A stretch of 64,000 nt of DNA, taken from the NCBI GenBank assembly GCA_031413515.1, contig JANOFF010000112.1, forward strand, positions 3,753 to 67,752, given 5' to 3'. The notes under the pieces are model-generated. The model saw only the letters and a program-made list of their open reading frames with translations, was not told the DNA's origin and did not search any database. This DNA is from a bacterium. Lineage in GTDB: Bacteria; Myxococcota_A; UBA9160; UBA4427. This document shows positions 55,271-64,000 of this stretch, in pieces; the stretch's first letter is position 1; every line of letters starts with the position of its first letter. A program made the translations under genes and the position numbers.

Positions 55271-55972
55271 ATGGACCGATCGAGACGCTCCACGACCTGG
55301 CTGTTGCTGGCCGCTCTGGTCGCGACCTCATCCAGCGTCGCCTGCGTGACCCGTGGCAAGTACGATGAACTCGAGACGCAGCGCTCGAATCTGCAGGTGA
55401 ATCGCGATGCGCTGACCGTGCAGGTCGCAGAACTTCAAAGCGAGAGGGACCAGCTGATCGAGCAGATCGCGACCGTCGAATCGCAGAAGAACAAGATGGC
55501 CGGGACGTACTCGCAGCTGGTGACCGAGCTCCAGTCCGAGGTCGCGTCGGGTCAGGTGCAGATCCAGCAGATCGTCGACGGGGTCCGCTTGCAGGTCTCC
55601 GACGAGCTGCTGTTCACCTCGGGGTCGGCGAATCTCGGCGCCAGGGGCACGGATCTGATGGCGCGTGTCGCGGAGCAGATCAAGGGCGGGACTTCGATCA
55701 TCACCGTCGAGGGGCATACCGACAACGTGGCGGTGGGGCCGGGTCTCCAGGCGAAGTTTCCCACCAATTGGGAGCTCGCGGGCGCCCGGGCCGCCATCGT
55801 GGTGCGGATGCTCGCCGAAAAAGGTGTGAAGCCCGAGCGGCTGCGTGCCGTATCGCGAGGTCCGTTCGCTCCGTTGGCGTCGAATGACACGGCCGACGGA
55901 AGGGCGAAGAACCGGCGCACCGAGATCCTGCTGCGGCCGGTCCCGGTCGCCGATCAGGCCGGCGCGCGCTGA
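55271..55972 (+). CDS. OmpA/MotB-domain lipoprotein with an N-terminal coiled coil
   Basis: Lipobox ..TSSSVA/C, a heptad-like region, and OmpA_C ..LFTSGSANL...VEGHTDNV...NWELAGARAAIVVRML...NRRTEILL... Confidence 0.85.
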   Translation: MDRSRRSTTWLLLAALVATSSSVACVTRGKYDELETQRSNLQVNRDALTVQVAELQSERDQLIEQIATVESQKNKMAGTYSQLVTELQSEVASGQVQIQQIVDGVRLQVSDELLFTSGSANLGARGTDLMARVAEQIKGGTSIITVEGHTDNVAVGPGLQAKFPTNWELAGARAAIVVRMLAEKGVKPERLRAVSRGPFAPLASNDTADGRAKNRRTEILLRPVPVADQAGAR

Positions 55973-55995
55973 CGCGGATGCGGGAACCGACTGTG

Positions 55996-56028
55996 CCGAT
56001 GGGCGGATCTCCACGATCCGCCCATCGG
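55996..56028. terminator. Perfect 14-bp stem / 5-nt loop hairpin between convergent genes
   Basis: CCGATGGGCGGATC-tccac-GATCCGCCCATCGG, verified base by base. Confidence 0.6.
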
Positions 56029-56042
56029 ATCCGGAGAACGGC

Positions 56043-57584
56043 TCACACGATGCGCGTCGCGTGGCCCTGCCAATAGCGGTCCTTCAGCAGCCGCTTGTAG
56101 AGCTTGCCGGTGGGATGCCGCGGCAGCTCCGGATCGAAGTCGATGCTGCGCGGACACTTGATCGCCGACAGCTGCGCTCGACAGTAGTCGAGCAGTTCGC
56201 GTTCGAGTTCCGGTCCCGCATCCGCCATGTCGATCGGCTGGACGACGGCCTTCACCTCTTCGCCGAAATCCTCGTTCGGGATCCCGATGACGGCCACGTC
56301 CTGCACCTTGGGATGTGTGATCAGCACGTTCTCCGCTTCCTGCGGATAGATGTTGACGCCGCCCGAGATGATCATGTGGGCCTTGCGGTCCGTCAGGAAC
56401 AGCCAGCCGTCCTCGTCGACGTAGCCCACGTCGCCCAGCGTCGTGTAGCCCTCTTTGCTCTTCGCCGACGCCGTCTTCTCGGGGGCGTTGTGGTACTCGA
56501 AGGCCACGCTGCTCTCGAAATAGATCGTGCCGATCTCACCGGGAGCGAGCGAGACGCCCTCGTCGTCGAGGATGTGGAGCTTCGCGTTGAGGGGACGTCC
56601 GACCGTGCCCTTGTGCTTCAACCAGTTTCCGCTGTCCACCAGGCAGAACCCGTTGCCCTCGGTGCCCGCGTAGTACTCGAACAGGACCTCTCCCCACCAC
56701 GCGATCATCTGTTCCTTGACGGGGATCGGGCAGGGCGCGGCGGCGTGGATGGCGACGCGCAGACTCGACAGGTCGAAGCGGGCACGTTCCGCTTCGGGCA
56801 GCTTCAGCATCCGGACGAACATCGTCGGCACCCACTGACTGTGGGTGACGCGGTGCTTCTCGATCTGCCGGATCGAGTCGAGGGCGTCGAAATGCTCCAT
56901 CAGGATGCAGGTGCAGCCGAGTCGCATGAAGCTCATGGTGAATCCGAGCGGTGCCGCGTGATACAGCGGCGCGGGCGAGAGATAGACGGAGTCCTCATCC
57001 GCCCCGAACACGCCGAGCAGCATCGCGGCGATCGGCGTGACCGCGCCGGCGGGCTTGCCCATCAACGGGTGCTTGACGCCTTTCGGGCGGCCCGTCGTTC
57101 CCGATGAATAGAGCATCGCGTTGCCCTCGAATTCCTTCTCGAGAGGGGTCTCGGGCTGCAACGCCGTTGCCGCTTCCCAGGACGTCCAACCCGGCGCGAC
57201 ACCGTCGATCATGTAACGCGCTTCGACGCCCGGACAGCGATCCGTCAGCGCGGCGGCCGATTCCGCCAGGTAGGCGGACATGATGAACACGCGCGCCCCG
57301 CAGTCGTCGACGATGTATTCGATCTCGGCCGGGGTGAGTCGGGTGCTGATCGCGGTGTAGTACAGGCCGGAGCGCTGCGCGGCCCAGCAGATTTCGAAGA
57401 AGCGGGGATGGTTTTCCAGGCAGAGCGCGATGTGGTCTCCAGGTCGAAGGCCGAGCGACCAGAACAGCTGCGCACCCTGATTCGAGCGGGCATCGAGTTC
57501 GCCGTAGGTCACGGTCTCGCCGGTCGAGGCCATCACGTAGGCGGGCTTGTGCGGGTTCTTGCGGGCATGCACGGCGGGATACAT
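56043..57584 (-). CDS. Acyl-CoA synthetase (AMP-forming, FadD-like)
   Basis: Start at ATG 57584 (MYPAVHARKNPHKPAYV..). Contains ..MLYSSGTTGRPKGV.., ..YYAGTEG.., ..GYVDEDGWLFLTDRKAHMIISGGVNIYP... Confidence 0.85.
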   Translation of the reverse strand: MYPAVHARKNPHKPAYVMASTGETVTYGELDARSNQGAQLFWSLGLRPGDHIALCLENHPRFFEICWAAQRSGLYYTAISTRLTPAEIEYIVDDCGARVFIMSAYLAESAAALTDRCPGVEARYMIDGVAPGWTSWEAATALQPETPLEKEFEGNAMLYSSGTTGRPKGVKHPLMGKPAGAVTPIAAMLLGVFGADEDSVYLSPAPLYHAAPLGFTMSFMRLGCTCILMEHFDALDSIRQIEKHRVTHSQWVPTMFVRMLKLPEAERARFDLSSLRVAIHAAAPCPIPVKEQMIAWWGEVLFEYYAGTEGNGFCLVDSGNWLKHKGTVGRPLNAKLHILDDEGVSLAPGEIGTIYFESSVAFEYHNAPEKTASAKSKEGYTTLGDVGYVDEDGWLFLTDRKAHMIISGGVNIYPQEAENVLITHPKVQDVAVIGIPNEDFGEEVKAVVQPIDMADAGPELERELLDYCRAQLSAIKCPRSIDFDPELPRHPTGKLYKRLLKDRYWQGHATRIV

Positions 57585-57687
57585 GGAACGGTTGCCTCGA
57601 CGGATCTCCCGCGTCGCGAAGGGATCTGCGCTTCTCGACGGGGACGTTGGGGTTGGCCTTGACAAGCGATCAGGGCCCGACAGAGTA

Positions 57688-57697
57688 GGTCCGGACC
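57688..57697. promoter_or_regulatory. 10-bp perfect palindrome GGTCCGGACC abutting the TetR gene; TTGACA hexamer 24 nt upstream
   Basis: Read directly. It lies in the divergent region between the acyl-CoA synthetase and TetR genes. No convincing -10 element found. Confidence 0.25.
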
Positions 57698-58432
57698 ATG
57701 GGACCGCCAAGCGGTGACCGGGGCTGCCGGGACTGCGAGCCGGTTCGGATCGGCTGCGCGGGAAGGACGGATCGCGTGAGCGCCAAAAGCGCGAAGAGCG
57801 GCGGGGACTCGGGCCGGAGGCCGCAACAGCGCAGCCAGTCGACCCGCGATCATCTGCTCACGGCAGCGATCGAGATCTTCGCCGAGCGCGGCTTCGAGGG
57901 GGCGACGACGCGCGAGATCGCCCGGCGTGCCGGTGTCGCGCTCGCTGCGCTTCCGTATCACTTCAAGACCAAGGACGCCCTGTGGCGGGCGGCCGCGGAT
58001 CAGATCTTCGCCCGCTACCACGAGCGCCTCGGTCGTCGCCTCGCCGAATTGCGCGACACGGACGAGATCACGCGCACCCGCCAGCTGTTGCGCGAGTTCG
58101 TGTGGTTCGCTGCGGAGAATCCCGAGGTCCACCGCTTCATCCTGCTCGAGGGCACGCGGCGGAGCGAGCGACTCGAGTGGATGGTCCGGACCCACATCCG
58201 ACCGATCTTCCGCTTCGTCACCGAGGCGGTCGAGCAGGCGCAGCAGAAGGGATACGGACGAGCCGGTCGGCCAGAGCACCTCTACTACATGATGTTCGGA
58301 GCCGCGGCGACCGTCTACTCGCTCGGTCCCGAGTTCGAGCTGTTGACCGGCGCGTCGGCGACGCGAGCCGAGTTCGTCGAGGCCCATGTCGCTTCGCTGC
58401 TCGACGTCTTCTACCGCGGGAACGAGGGCTGA
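57698..58432 (+). CDS. TetR/AcrR family transcriptional regulator
   Basis: HTH ..FEGATTREIARRAGVALAALPYHFKTKDALW... GTG 57776 is a plausible alternative start. Confidence 0.8.
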   Translation: MGPPSGDRGCRDCEPVRIGCAGRTDRVSAKSAKSGGDSGRRPQQRSQSTRDHLLTAAIEIFAERGFEGATTREIARRAGVALAALPYHFKTKDALWRAAADQIFARYHERLGRRLAELRDTDEITRTRQLLREFVWFAAENPEVHRFILLEGTRRSERLEWMVRTHIRPIFRFVTEAVEQAQQKGYGRAGRPEHLYYMMFGAAATVYSLGPEFELLTGASATRAEFVEAHVASLLDVFYRGNEG

Positions 58433-58451
58433 GTGCCTCGGGCGTGGGCAC

Positions 58452-60719
58452 TCACCCGGTCACTTCACCGGCGCGGACGTCGATTCCCACCCCGGAGTCG
58501 TGACACGCGGTGACGCGGCCGATGACTGCGGCGGCGTGGTCTCCGCCCTGGTGCAGCGCTCCGATCAGCGCTAGCGCCGAGCCCGCAGCGACTCCCATCA
58601 GCAGGCCGCCCGAGGTCTGCGGGTCGAACAACAGGTCGATCCGCTCGCGTCCGATGCCGGGTTCGACCGCGAGCCGGTCTTCGAGGATCGCGTTCTGGGC
58701 GTGGAACGTGCTGCGAAGGCCGCTTGCCAGCAACATTCCGGCACCCGGATAGACGGGGATCGAATCGATGCCAAGCTCAGCGCGGACCCGGCTTCGATCG
58801 AGCATCCCGAGCAGATGTCCGACGAGCCCGAAGCCGCTGACATCGGTGCAGCTCAGCACGCCGTGCGCGAGCGCGGCGCGCGCCGCGGCGGTGTTGTCGG
58901 TGAGCAGTCCGTCGTGGAGCGCCTCGATCCACCGGCCGCGCGCCAGACCCCGCATGTCCGCGGCCAGCAGGACACCGCTCCCGAGCGGCTTGCTGAGGAC
59001 GAGGCAGTCACCGACCCGCAGTCCAGCGAGGCCGAGGGTCGCCTGGCCCGCGGCCGGCTCGCCCGTGACGGAGAGACCGACGAACAACTCCGGCGCCGTC
59101 GTGCTGTGGCCGCCGACGAGCGAGACCCCGAGCGGATCCAGCGCCGCGCGGATACCGGCGAGCACCTGGTAGAGCGTCTCGCTCTGTCGAGCGCTCGATC
59201 CCGCAGGCACACTGACGATCGCCAGGGCGTGCGTCGGTCGTCCGCCCTTGGCGAGCACGTCGCTCACGGCATTGACCGCGGCGACACGACCGACCAGCCA
59301 GGGATCGTCGGTGAAGGCGCGAAACGCATCCACGGTCGTCAGCACCACATCGCCCTTCGGCAGAACGAGCGTGGCGGCGTCATCGGGGTGCTCGAGACCG
59401 ACGCGAACGCTGGCATCCGGGATCGGAGGCTCGAGTCGCGCGAGCGCAGCGTGCAGCGGCACCGGTCCGACCTTGGCCGCGCAGCCGCCGCACTCCATCT
59501 CGGCCAGCGGATCCATCGCGTCCGGGGCGGGGAAGTGGCGGGAAGACCCGCCCGCCTCGTCGAGCACCTGGAAGAGGCGCATGAAGCGTCGATCGATCCA
59601 GTCCTTCGCTCGGAAGACGGATCTTCCGCTGGCGCCGATCCCCCACTTGCCCCCGATCGCACGCCCGTTCCCGACATTCAAGAGTGCCAGGAAGTCGCGC
59701 TGGGGTCGGTAGCTTCGGAGCGGCCGCCCGGCGAGTCGGGCCCGCAGGTTGTGATCCAGCACGGGACCTTGTCGTACGGCATAGACGCCCGCTCGGGGCA
59801 CCCAGGGATTCGGGTCGGAGACCGCGCAGTCGCCCACGCCGAACAGATCCGCACAGCCCGTCACCTCGAGGTGACGGTCGACGCGCAGGAATCCGGCGGC
59901 TGTGAGGGGCAGGCCGCTTCGTGCGAGCAGCGGAGGCGGCGCGGCGCCGCTGGCCCAGATCGTGAGCTGCGAAGGCAACCGGAGGATCGCGCCACCGGTG
60001 CCTTCGACGATCACGGAGTCGTGTTCGACTCGCATCACGCGGTGATTCGTCCGCAGCACGATGCCGCGGGCTGCCGCCTCGGCCTCGACCCGGCGTGTCA
60101 GGGACCGGTGCGAGCCCGACAGGATCTCCGTCGATGCACTGACCAGCGTCACTCGCGCCGGTCGGCCTTCGACGCGCAGCCGGGCTTCGAGACACAGGGC
60201 GAGTTCGATGCCCGCGGCGCCGCCCCCGACGACCACGATGTCGGATCCGGGGAGGTCGGCGAGAGCCCGGAGTCGATCCTCGATGCTGCGCACGAACTGC
60301 CCGATGGGACGGGTTGACACCGCGTGGTCGGAGACACCGGGCAGGTCGAGGTCGCGAACCGTCGATCCGACGTCGAGACTCGCCAGGTCATAGGAGATCG
60401 CCGGTCGACCCTCGAGCTCGATTCGTCGATTCACCGGATCGACGCGCAGCGCGGCCGCATGGATGCAGCGCGCTCCCGCGCGCCGCGCCAACGGACGGAC
60501 GTCGATCACCAGTTCCTGCAGTCGGTAGTCGCCGGCGACCAGACCCGGCACCATGCCCGAGTAGACCGCTTCATGGCGATCGAGCACGACGCTGACGTGG
60601 AGCTCGTCGATCGGCTGCATGATCAAGCGCCGAAGCACCTGTACATGGGCGTGCCCGCCGCCGACGAGGACCAGCTCGCGGCGCTTCGATGCAGTGGCAG
60701 TGACCCCGCGAGCCGTCAC
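58452..60719 (-). CDS. selD: Fusion protein: FAD-dependent pyridine nucleotide-disulfide oxidoreductase (NDH-II-like) + selenide, water dikinase SelD (Cys type)
   Basis: N-terminal ..LVLVGGGHAHV.. and a second ..IVVVGGGAAGIE.. dinucleotide fold. The C-terminal half has ..ECGGCAAKVGP.. (the SelD active-site Cys/Lys loop) and AIR-synthase-like repeats. GTG start. Confidence 0.85.
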   Translation of the reverse strand: MTARGVTATASKRRELVLVGGGHAHVQVLRRLIMQPIDELHVSVVLDRHEAVYSGMVPGLVAGDYRLQELVIDVRPLARRAGARCIHAAALRVDPVNRRIELEGRPAISYDLASLDVGSTVRDLDLPGVSDHAVSTRPIGQFVRSIEDRLRALADLPGSDIVVVGGGAAGIELALCLEARLRVEGRPARVTLVSASTEILSGSHRSLTRRVEAEAAARGIVLRTNHRVMRVEHDSVIVEGTGGAILRLPSQLTIWASGAAPPPLLARSGLPLTAAGFLRVDRHLEVTGCADLFGVGDCAVSDPNPWVPRAGVYAVRQGPVLDHNLRARLAGRPLRSYRPQRDFLALLNVGNGRAIGGKWGIGASGRSVFRAKDWIDRRFMRLFQVLDEAGGSSRHFPAPDAMDPLAEMECGGCAAKVGPVPLHAALARLEPPIPDASVRVGLEHPDDAATLVLPKGDVVLTTVDAFRAFTDDPWLVGRVAAVNAVSDVLAKGGRPTHALAIVSVPAGSSARQSETLYQVLAGIRAALDPLGVSLVGGHSTTAPELFVGLSVTGEPAAGQATLGLAGLRVGDCLVLSKPLGSGVLLAADMRGLARGRWIEALHDGLLTDNTAAARAALAHGVLSCTDVSGFGLVGHLLGMLDRSRVRAELGIDSIPVYPGAGMLLASGLRSTFHAQNAILEDRLAVEPGIGRERIDLLFDPQTSGGLLMGVAAGSALALIGALHQGGDHAAAVIGRVTACHDSGVGIDVRAGEVTG

Positions 60720-60838
60720 GCGCCGAGATTAGCAACGACGAGCCTCCCGCAACGTCCGCGACGCACCGGTCGACCGACGGAACAGGGGCTCCTGCGCTTT
60801 TCTAGCCCGCGTGGATCGCAACGGATACCCTCGGCGAG

Positions 60839-62482
60839 ATGGGAGGGCCCTGGTTGACGTCGCTGATCCGCGAGCTGATGGAGATGCAGGATCAGAATGG
60901 CTGGCTCAGCGATGAACAGCTGACCGGGCTGGCGGAGCGGCTTCGCGTGCCGCTGCACCGATTGGAGAGCCTGACCACCTTCTACACGCACTTCCGTCGC
61001 AAGCCGACGCGGCCGATCTGCATCGAGGTCTGTCGCGATCTTCCTTGTCGGATGGCGGGGGCGGTCGAGGGGCTCGCGGCTCTTCGTCGCCTGACGGCCG
61101 CGCGCGCGGATCGCGAATCCATCGAACTGGTCGAAGTGTCGTGTCCGGGACGCTGCGATCAGGCTCCGGTGGCGGCTCTCGCCGGGAAGGTGTTCCGCTC
61201 GACCGATCCCGGTGCCGCAGGTCGGGCCCTCGAGCGCGTCTCGGGCGGGTCGGTTCGCGTCGATTCAGAATCCGCGACGGACGGACGCTTCGCCGAAGCG
61301 TCGCTGTATGCCGACATCGCGGATCGTCATTCGACTCTGCGCGCCGCGCTCGGCCGCGCACCGGCGGAGCTCGTTCGCGAACTCGACGCCGCAGGCCTGC
61401 GCGGGATGGGAGGCGCGGCCTTTCCGACCGGGCGCAAGTGGTCTCTGGTCGCGTCCGAACCCGCCCACCCGAAATATGTCGTCTGCAACGCGGACGAGAG
61501 CGAACCCGGAACCTTCAAGGACCGGGAGATCCTGCGCGTTCTGCCGCATCTGGTGATCGAGGGCATGGCGCTTGCCGGACTCGCAGTGGGGGCCGAGCGG
61601 GGAATCCTGTTCATCCGACACGAGTACGGGCCCGAGCGCGAGTGCTTCGAGATCGCGCTGCGCGAGGCCCGCGAACTCGGCGCTCTCGGCGCCTCGCTGT
61701 TCGGCAGGGGTCACGCCTTCGAGATCGAGATCTTCGTATCGCCGGGGGGCTACATCCTCGGTGAAGAGACGGCGCTGCTCGAGTGTCTGGAGGACCGCCG
61801 CGGCGAGCCGCGCAACAAGCCGCCCTATCCCGGCGTGTCGGGACTCTTCGGTCGACCGACGCTGATCAACAACGTCGAGACGTTCGTGCATGCGGTATCG
61901 ATCCTGCGCCGTGGGGCGGACTGGTGGCAGTCGCGTGGACGCCCGGGTTTCGCGGGGCACAAGTTCATCAGCGTGAGCGGCGACGTCGTCCGACCGGGTG
62001 TCCATCTCGTGCCGGTCGGGACTTCGTTTCGCGCGCTGCTCGAACTCTGCGGCGGCATGCAGCCGGATCGACCTCTCGCGGCCTTCGCACCCGGCGGTGC
62101 ATCGAGTCGCTTCATCGCGGCTTCCGGACTCGATCTGGCGATCGACTTCGACGCCGTCGCGGCCGCGGGCTCGATGCTCGGCAGCGGGGCCGTCGTGTTC
62201 GTGGGCGAGGGCCACGATCTGCTGGACCTCGGTCTCTCGATCACGCGCTTCTTCCGCAACGAGTCGTGTGGCAAGTGCGTGCCCTGTCGTGTCGGGACCG
62301 ACAAGGCCGTGCGGCTCCTCGAGGACGCGGACGGCCTGACGCCTGCGTTGCACGAGCAGCTCGCGGGGCTGCACGAGACGCTCGCCCGCACGAGCCTCTG
62401 TGGACTCGGTCACGTGGCACTGGCCCCGCTGCTGTCGCTCGCCGAGCGCTTTCCCGAGCGCATGCGCGGGGCAAGGCGATGA
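60839..62482 (+). CDS. NuoE-like [2Fe-2S] domain fused to a NuoF-like NAD(H)/FMN/[4Fe-4S] subunit
   Basis: CRDLPC...CPGRC (Cx4C...Cx3C), ..GLRGMGGAAFPTGRKW.., ..VVCNADESEPGTFKD.., ..ESCGKCVPCRVGT...LCGLG... Confidence 0.85.
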   Translation: MGGPWLTSLIRELMEMQDQNGWLSDEQLTGLAERLRVPLHRLESLTTFYTHFRRKPTRPICIEVCRDLPCRMAGAVEGLAALRRLTAARADRESIELVEVSCPGRCDQAPVAALAGKVFRSTDPGAAGRALERVSGGSVRVDSESATDGRFAEASLYADIADRHSTLRAALGRAPAELVRELDAAGLRGMGGAAFPTGRKWSLVASEPAHPKYVVCNADESEPGTFKDREILRVLPHLVIEGMALAGLAVGAERGILFIRHEYGPERECFEIALREARELGALGASLFGRGHAFEIEIFVSPGGYILGEETALLECLEDRRGEPRNKPPYPGVSGLFGRPTLINNVETFVHAVSILRRGADWWQSRGRPGFAGHKFISVSGDVVRPGVHLVPVGTSFRALLELCGGMQPDRPLAAFAPGGASSRFIAASGLDLAIDFDAVAAAGSMLGSGAVVFVGEGHDLLDLGLSITRFFRNESCGKCVPCRVGTDKAVRLLEDADGLTPALHEQLAGLHETLARTSLCGLGHVALAPLLSLAERFPERMRGARR

Positions 62483-63294
62483 GCGCGCGCAGCGGCATCG
62501 TGCTGTGCGGCGGTCGCTCGTCGCGCATGGGACGCGCGAAGGCCTGGTTGCCGTGGGGCGGTCGGCCGATGCTCGCCCACGTCGTCGCGCGGCTCGCCGA
62601 AGTGGTCGACGATGTCGTCGTCGTCGCCGCGCCCGGTCAGGTCCTGCCCGACGTGCCCGCGCGCATCGTCCGCGATCCGCACGAGGGTTGCGGGCCGCTC
62701 GCCGGGATCCGCGAAGGGCTTCGGCACGCCGCGGGCGACCTGTGCTTCGTGACCGCGACCGACGCCCCGCATCTCACCGTCGCGTTCGTCGAGGCAGTGC
62801 TCGGCGAGGGACGGGCGGCTGCGCCCGTGATCGACGGCTACGTCCAGGTGCTCTCCGCCGCCTATCCCCGTGCGGGTGCAGACGTCGCCAAGACGCTGCT
62901 CGATTCTGGCCGGCGGCGGCCGCTGGATCTGCTCGAGCACTTCGACTACCTGCCGATCCCGGCGGAGCGATTGCCCGACATCGCATCCGTGCGTGGCTTC
63001 AACACACCGGACGAGTACCTCGTGGCGGCGCGCGCCGACGATGCGCGTCCGGTGACCGTCGAGCTGATGGGTCGCGCTCGCGCACGCATCGGCCAGCCTG
63101 AACTCGAGGTGCCTGCCGGCAGTCTGCGCGACATCCTCGGGTGCGTGGGAACACGAGTCGCGCTGATCGAGGGGGATCTCGTCGCGCCCCCGTACGCGGT
63201 GTCCCTCGAAGGACGTGTGTTCGTTCGCGACCTGCGGATTCCGATCGGACCCGGCGAGCATGTGATCGTGCTCGACGCTTCGGTGGGAGGCTGA
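62479..63294 (+). CDS. mobA: Fusion protein: MobA-like molybdenum/tungsten cofactor guanylyltransferase + C-terminal MoaD/ThiS-like ubiquitin-fold domain ending in Gly-Gly
   Basis: Start at ATG 62479, overlapping the NuoF-like stop (ATGA). ..GIVLCGGRSSRMGRAKAWL.. is the MobA signature. The last ~85 aa end ..GPGEHVIVLDASVGG-stop, the MoaD/ThiS signature. Confidence 0.8.
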   Translation: MSARSGIVLCGGRSSRMGRAKAWLPWGGRPMLAHVVARLAEVVDDVVVVAAPGQVLPDVPARIVRDPHEGCGPLAGIREGLRHAAGDLCFVTATDAPHLTVAFVEAVLGEGRAAAPVIDGYVQVLSAAYPRAGADVAKTLLDSGRRRPLDLLEHFDYLPIPAERLPDIASVRGFNTPDEYLVAARADDARPVTVELMGRARARIGQPELEVPAGSLRDILGCVGTRVALIEGDLVAPPYAVSLEGRVFVRDLRIPIGPGEHVIVLDASVGG

Positions 63295-63296
63295 GC

Positions 63297-64000
63297 GTGT
63301 ACGGATTCCACGGCGCCTATCTGCGGATCGACCTCACGCGCGACGAGTCGACGCGCATCCCGCTCGATCCGGGCGTGCTGCGCGCGCATCTCGGCGGGGT
63401 GGGGCTCGGCGCCTGGTTGCTCGACCGCGAGGCACCCGTCGGGGTCGATCCGCTCGCGCCCGAAGCGCCGATCGTGCTCGCCTTCTCGCCGCTGGTGGGA
63501 ACGCCGCTCACCACTTCGGCCAAATTCGCGGTCGTCGCGAAGTCGCCGCTGACCGGCATGCTGAGCGACGGTCTCTCGAGTTCGGATTTCGCGCTGGCCG
63601 GCAAGGCGATGGGAGTCGATGCGATCGTGATCGTCGGACGCTGCGCGGAACCCTCGATCTGGCGCGCCGGTCGGCTCGAAGCCACCGATCAATGGGGTGC
63701 GTCGGCGGCCGACACGGAACGTGCACTCGCTGGCACAGGTCGCGTGATCGCGATCGGAATCGCGGGCGAGAATGGCGTGCGGTTCGCGAGTCTGTCGAAT
63801 GGGGGGCGACACGCCGGCCGCGGGGGCATCGGAGCGGTGATGGGGGCCAAGCGATTGAAGGCGCTGGTCGTCGCGGGCGACGTCGCGACGCAGCTCGCGG
63901 ATCCCGCCCGCGTGCGGGCGCAGGCCCTCGATCTGGCGCGTCGCTCCCTCGGTGAAGCCACCGCCAAGTACCGGGAACTCGGCACCCTGGCCAACCTGCC
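63297..64000 (+). CDS. aor: Aldehyde:ferredoxin oxidoreductase family (tungstopterin enzyme), N-terminal part; runs off the window
   Basis: Not in the ORF track (no stop in the window); I translated it by hand from GTG 63297. The product reads (M)YGFHGAYLRIDLTRDES...HLGGVGLGAWLL...DPLAPEAPIVLAFSPLVGTPLTTSAKFAVVAKSPLTGML...GVDAIVIVGR...IGIAGENGVRFASLSNGGRHAGRGGIGAVMGAKRLKALVV, matching the AOR N-terminal domain pattern. Confidence 0.8.
   Translation, partial: MYGFHGAYLRIDLTRDESTRIPLDPGVLRAHLGGVGLGAWLLDREAPVGVDPLAPEAPIVLAFSPLVGTPLTTSAKFAVVAKSPLTGMLSDGLSSSDFALAGKAMGVDAIVIVGRCAEPSIWRAGRLEATDQWGASAADTERALAGTGRVIAIGIAGENGVRFASLSNGGRHAGRGGIGAVMGAKRLKALVVAGDVATQLADPARVRAQALDLARRSLGEATAKYRELGTLANL

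Overview
This is a densely coding, clearly GC-rich chromosomal segment; third codon positions are overwhelmingly G/C, but I did not compute an exact value. It comes from a Gram-negative bacterium. The gene content looks Proteobacteria- or Myxococcota-like, but the phylum cannot be fixed from sequence alone. I support about 50 protein genes and a few structural or regulatory DNA elements. I recognised no rRNA, tRNA, CRISPR array, integrase or transposase, although tRNAs cannot be formally excluded without a scanner. The window has six blocks.

- **1-14.5 kb:** a CoA-dependent catabolic island. It holds a double-hotdog hydratase, an acyl-CoA ligase, an MFS transporter, an SDR, a tandem-fused family III CoA-transferase, two acyl-CoA dehydrogenases and a TetR regulator.
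- **14.8-31.3 kb:** envelope and transport genes. These are an alpha/beta hydrolase, a 1040-aa nucleotide-transporter-like/HEAT/cNMP fusion, AsmA, a TonB-TPR-MBL operon, an orphan HEAGH peptidase-like gene, a TonB-dependent receptor and a MATE pump.
- **31.3-38.9 kb:** a J-like/PEGA/EF-hand membrane protein is transcribed divergently from a zinc-ribbon MotA/ExbB-like channel. That channel is followed by two long, non-equivalent ExbD/TolR-like proteins. This triad is my best candidate for an undescribed system. A HelD-type helicase with its own promoter and two small genes come next.
- **38.9-51.2 kb:** a long minus-strand type IV pilus block. It runs GspE/PilB-like ATPase, Ycf46-like AAA+, DUF5658-like protein, fimT-pilV-pilW-pilX-pilY1, then three uncharacterised genes.
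- **51.4-55.1 kb:** tungstate ABC transporter tupABC coupled to a DUF1214 gene.
- **55.3-64 kb:** an OmpA lipoprotein, an acyl-CoA ligase with TetR, then a tungsten/selenium cluster built from fusion proteins. These are FAD-oxidoreductase-SelD, NuoE-NuoF and MobA-MoaD, followed by the start of an aldehyde:ferredoxin oxidoreductase that runs off the window.

Many long ORFs in the track are antisense shadow ORFs typical of high-GC DNA, and I rejected them.
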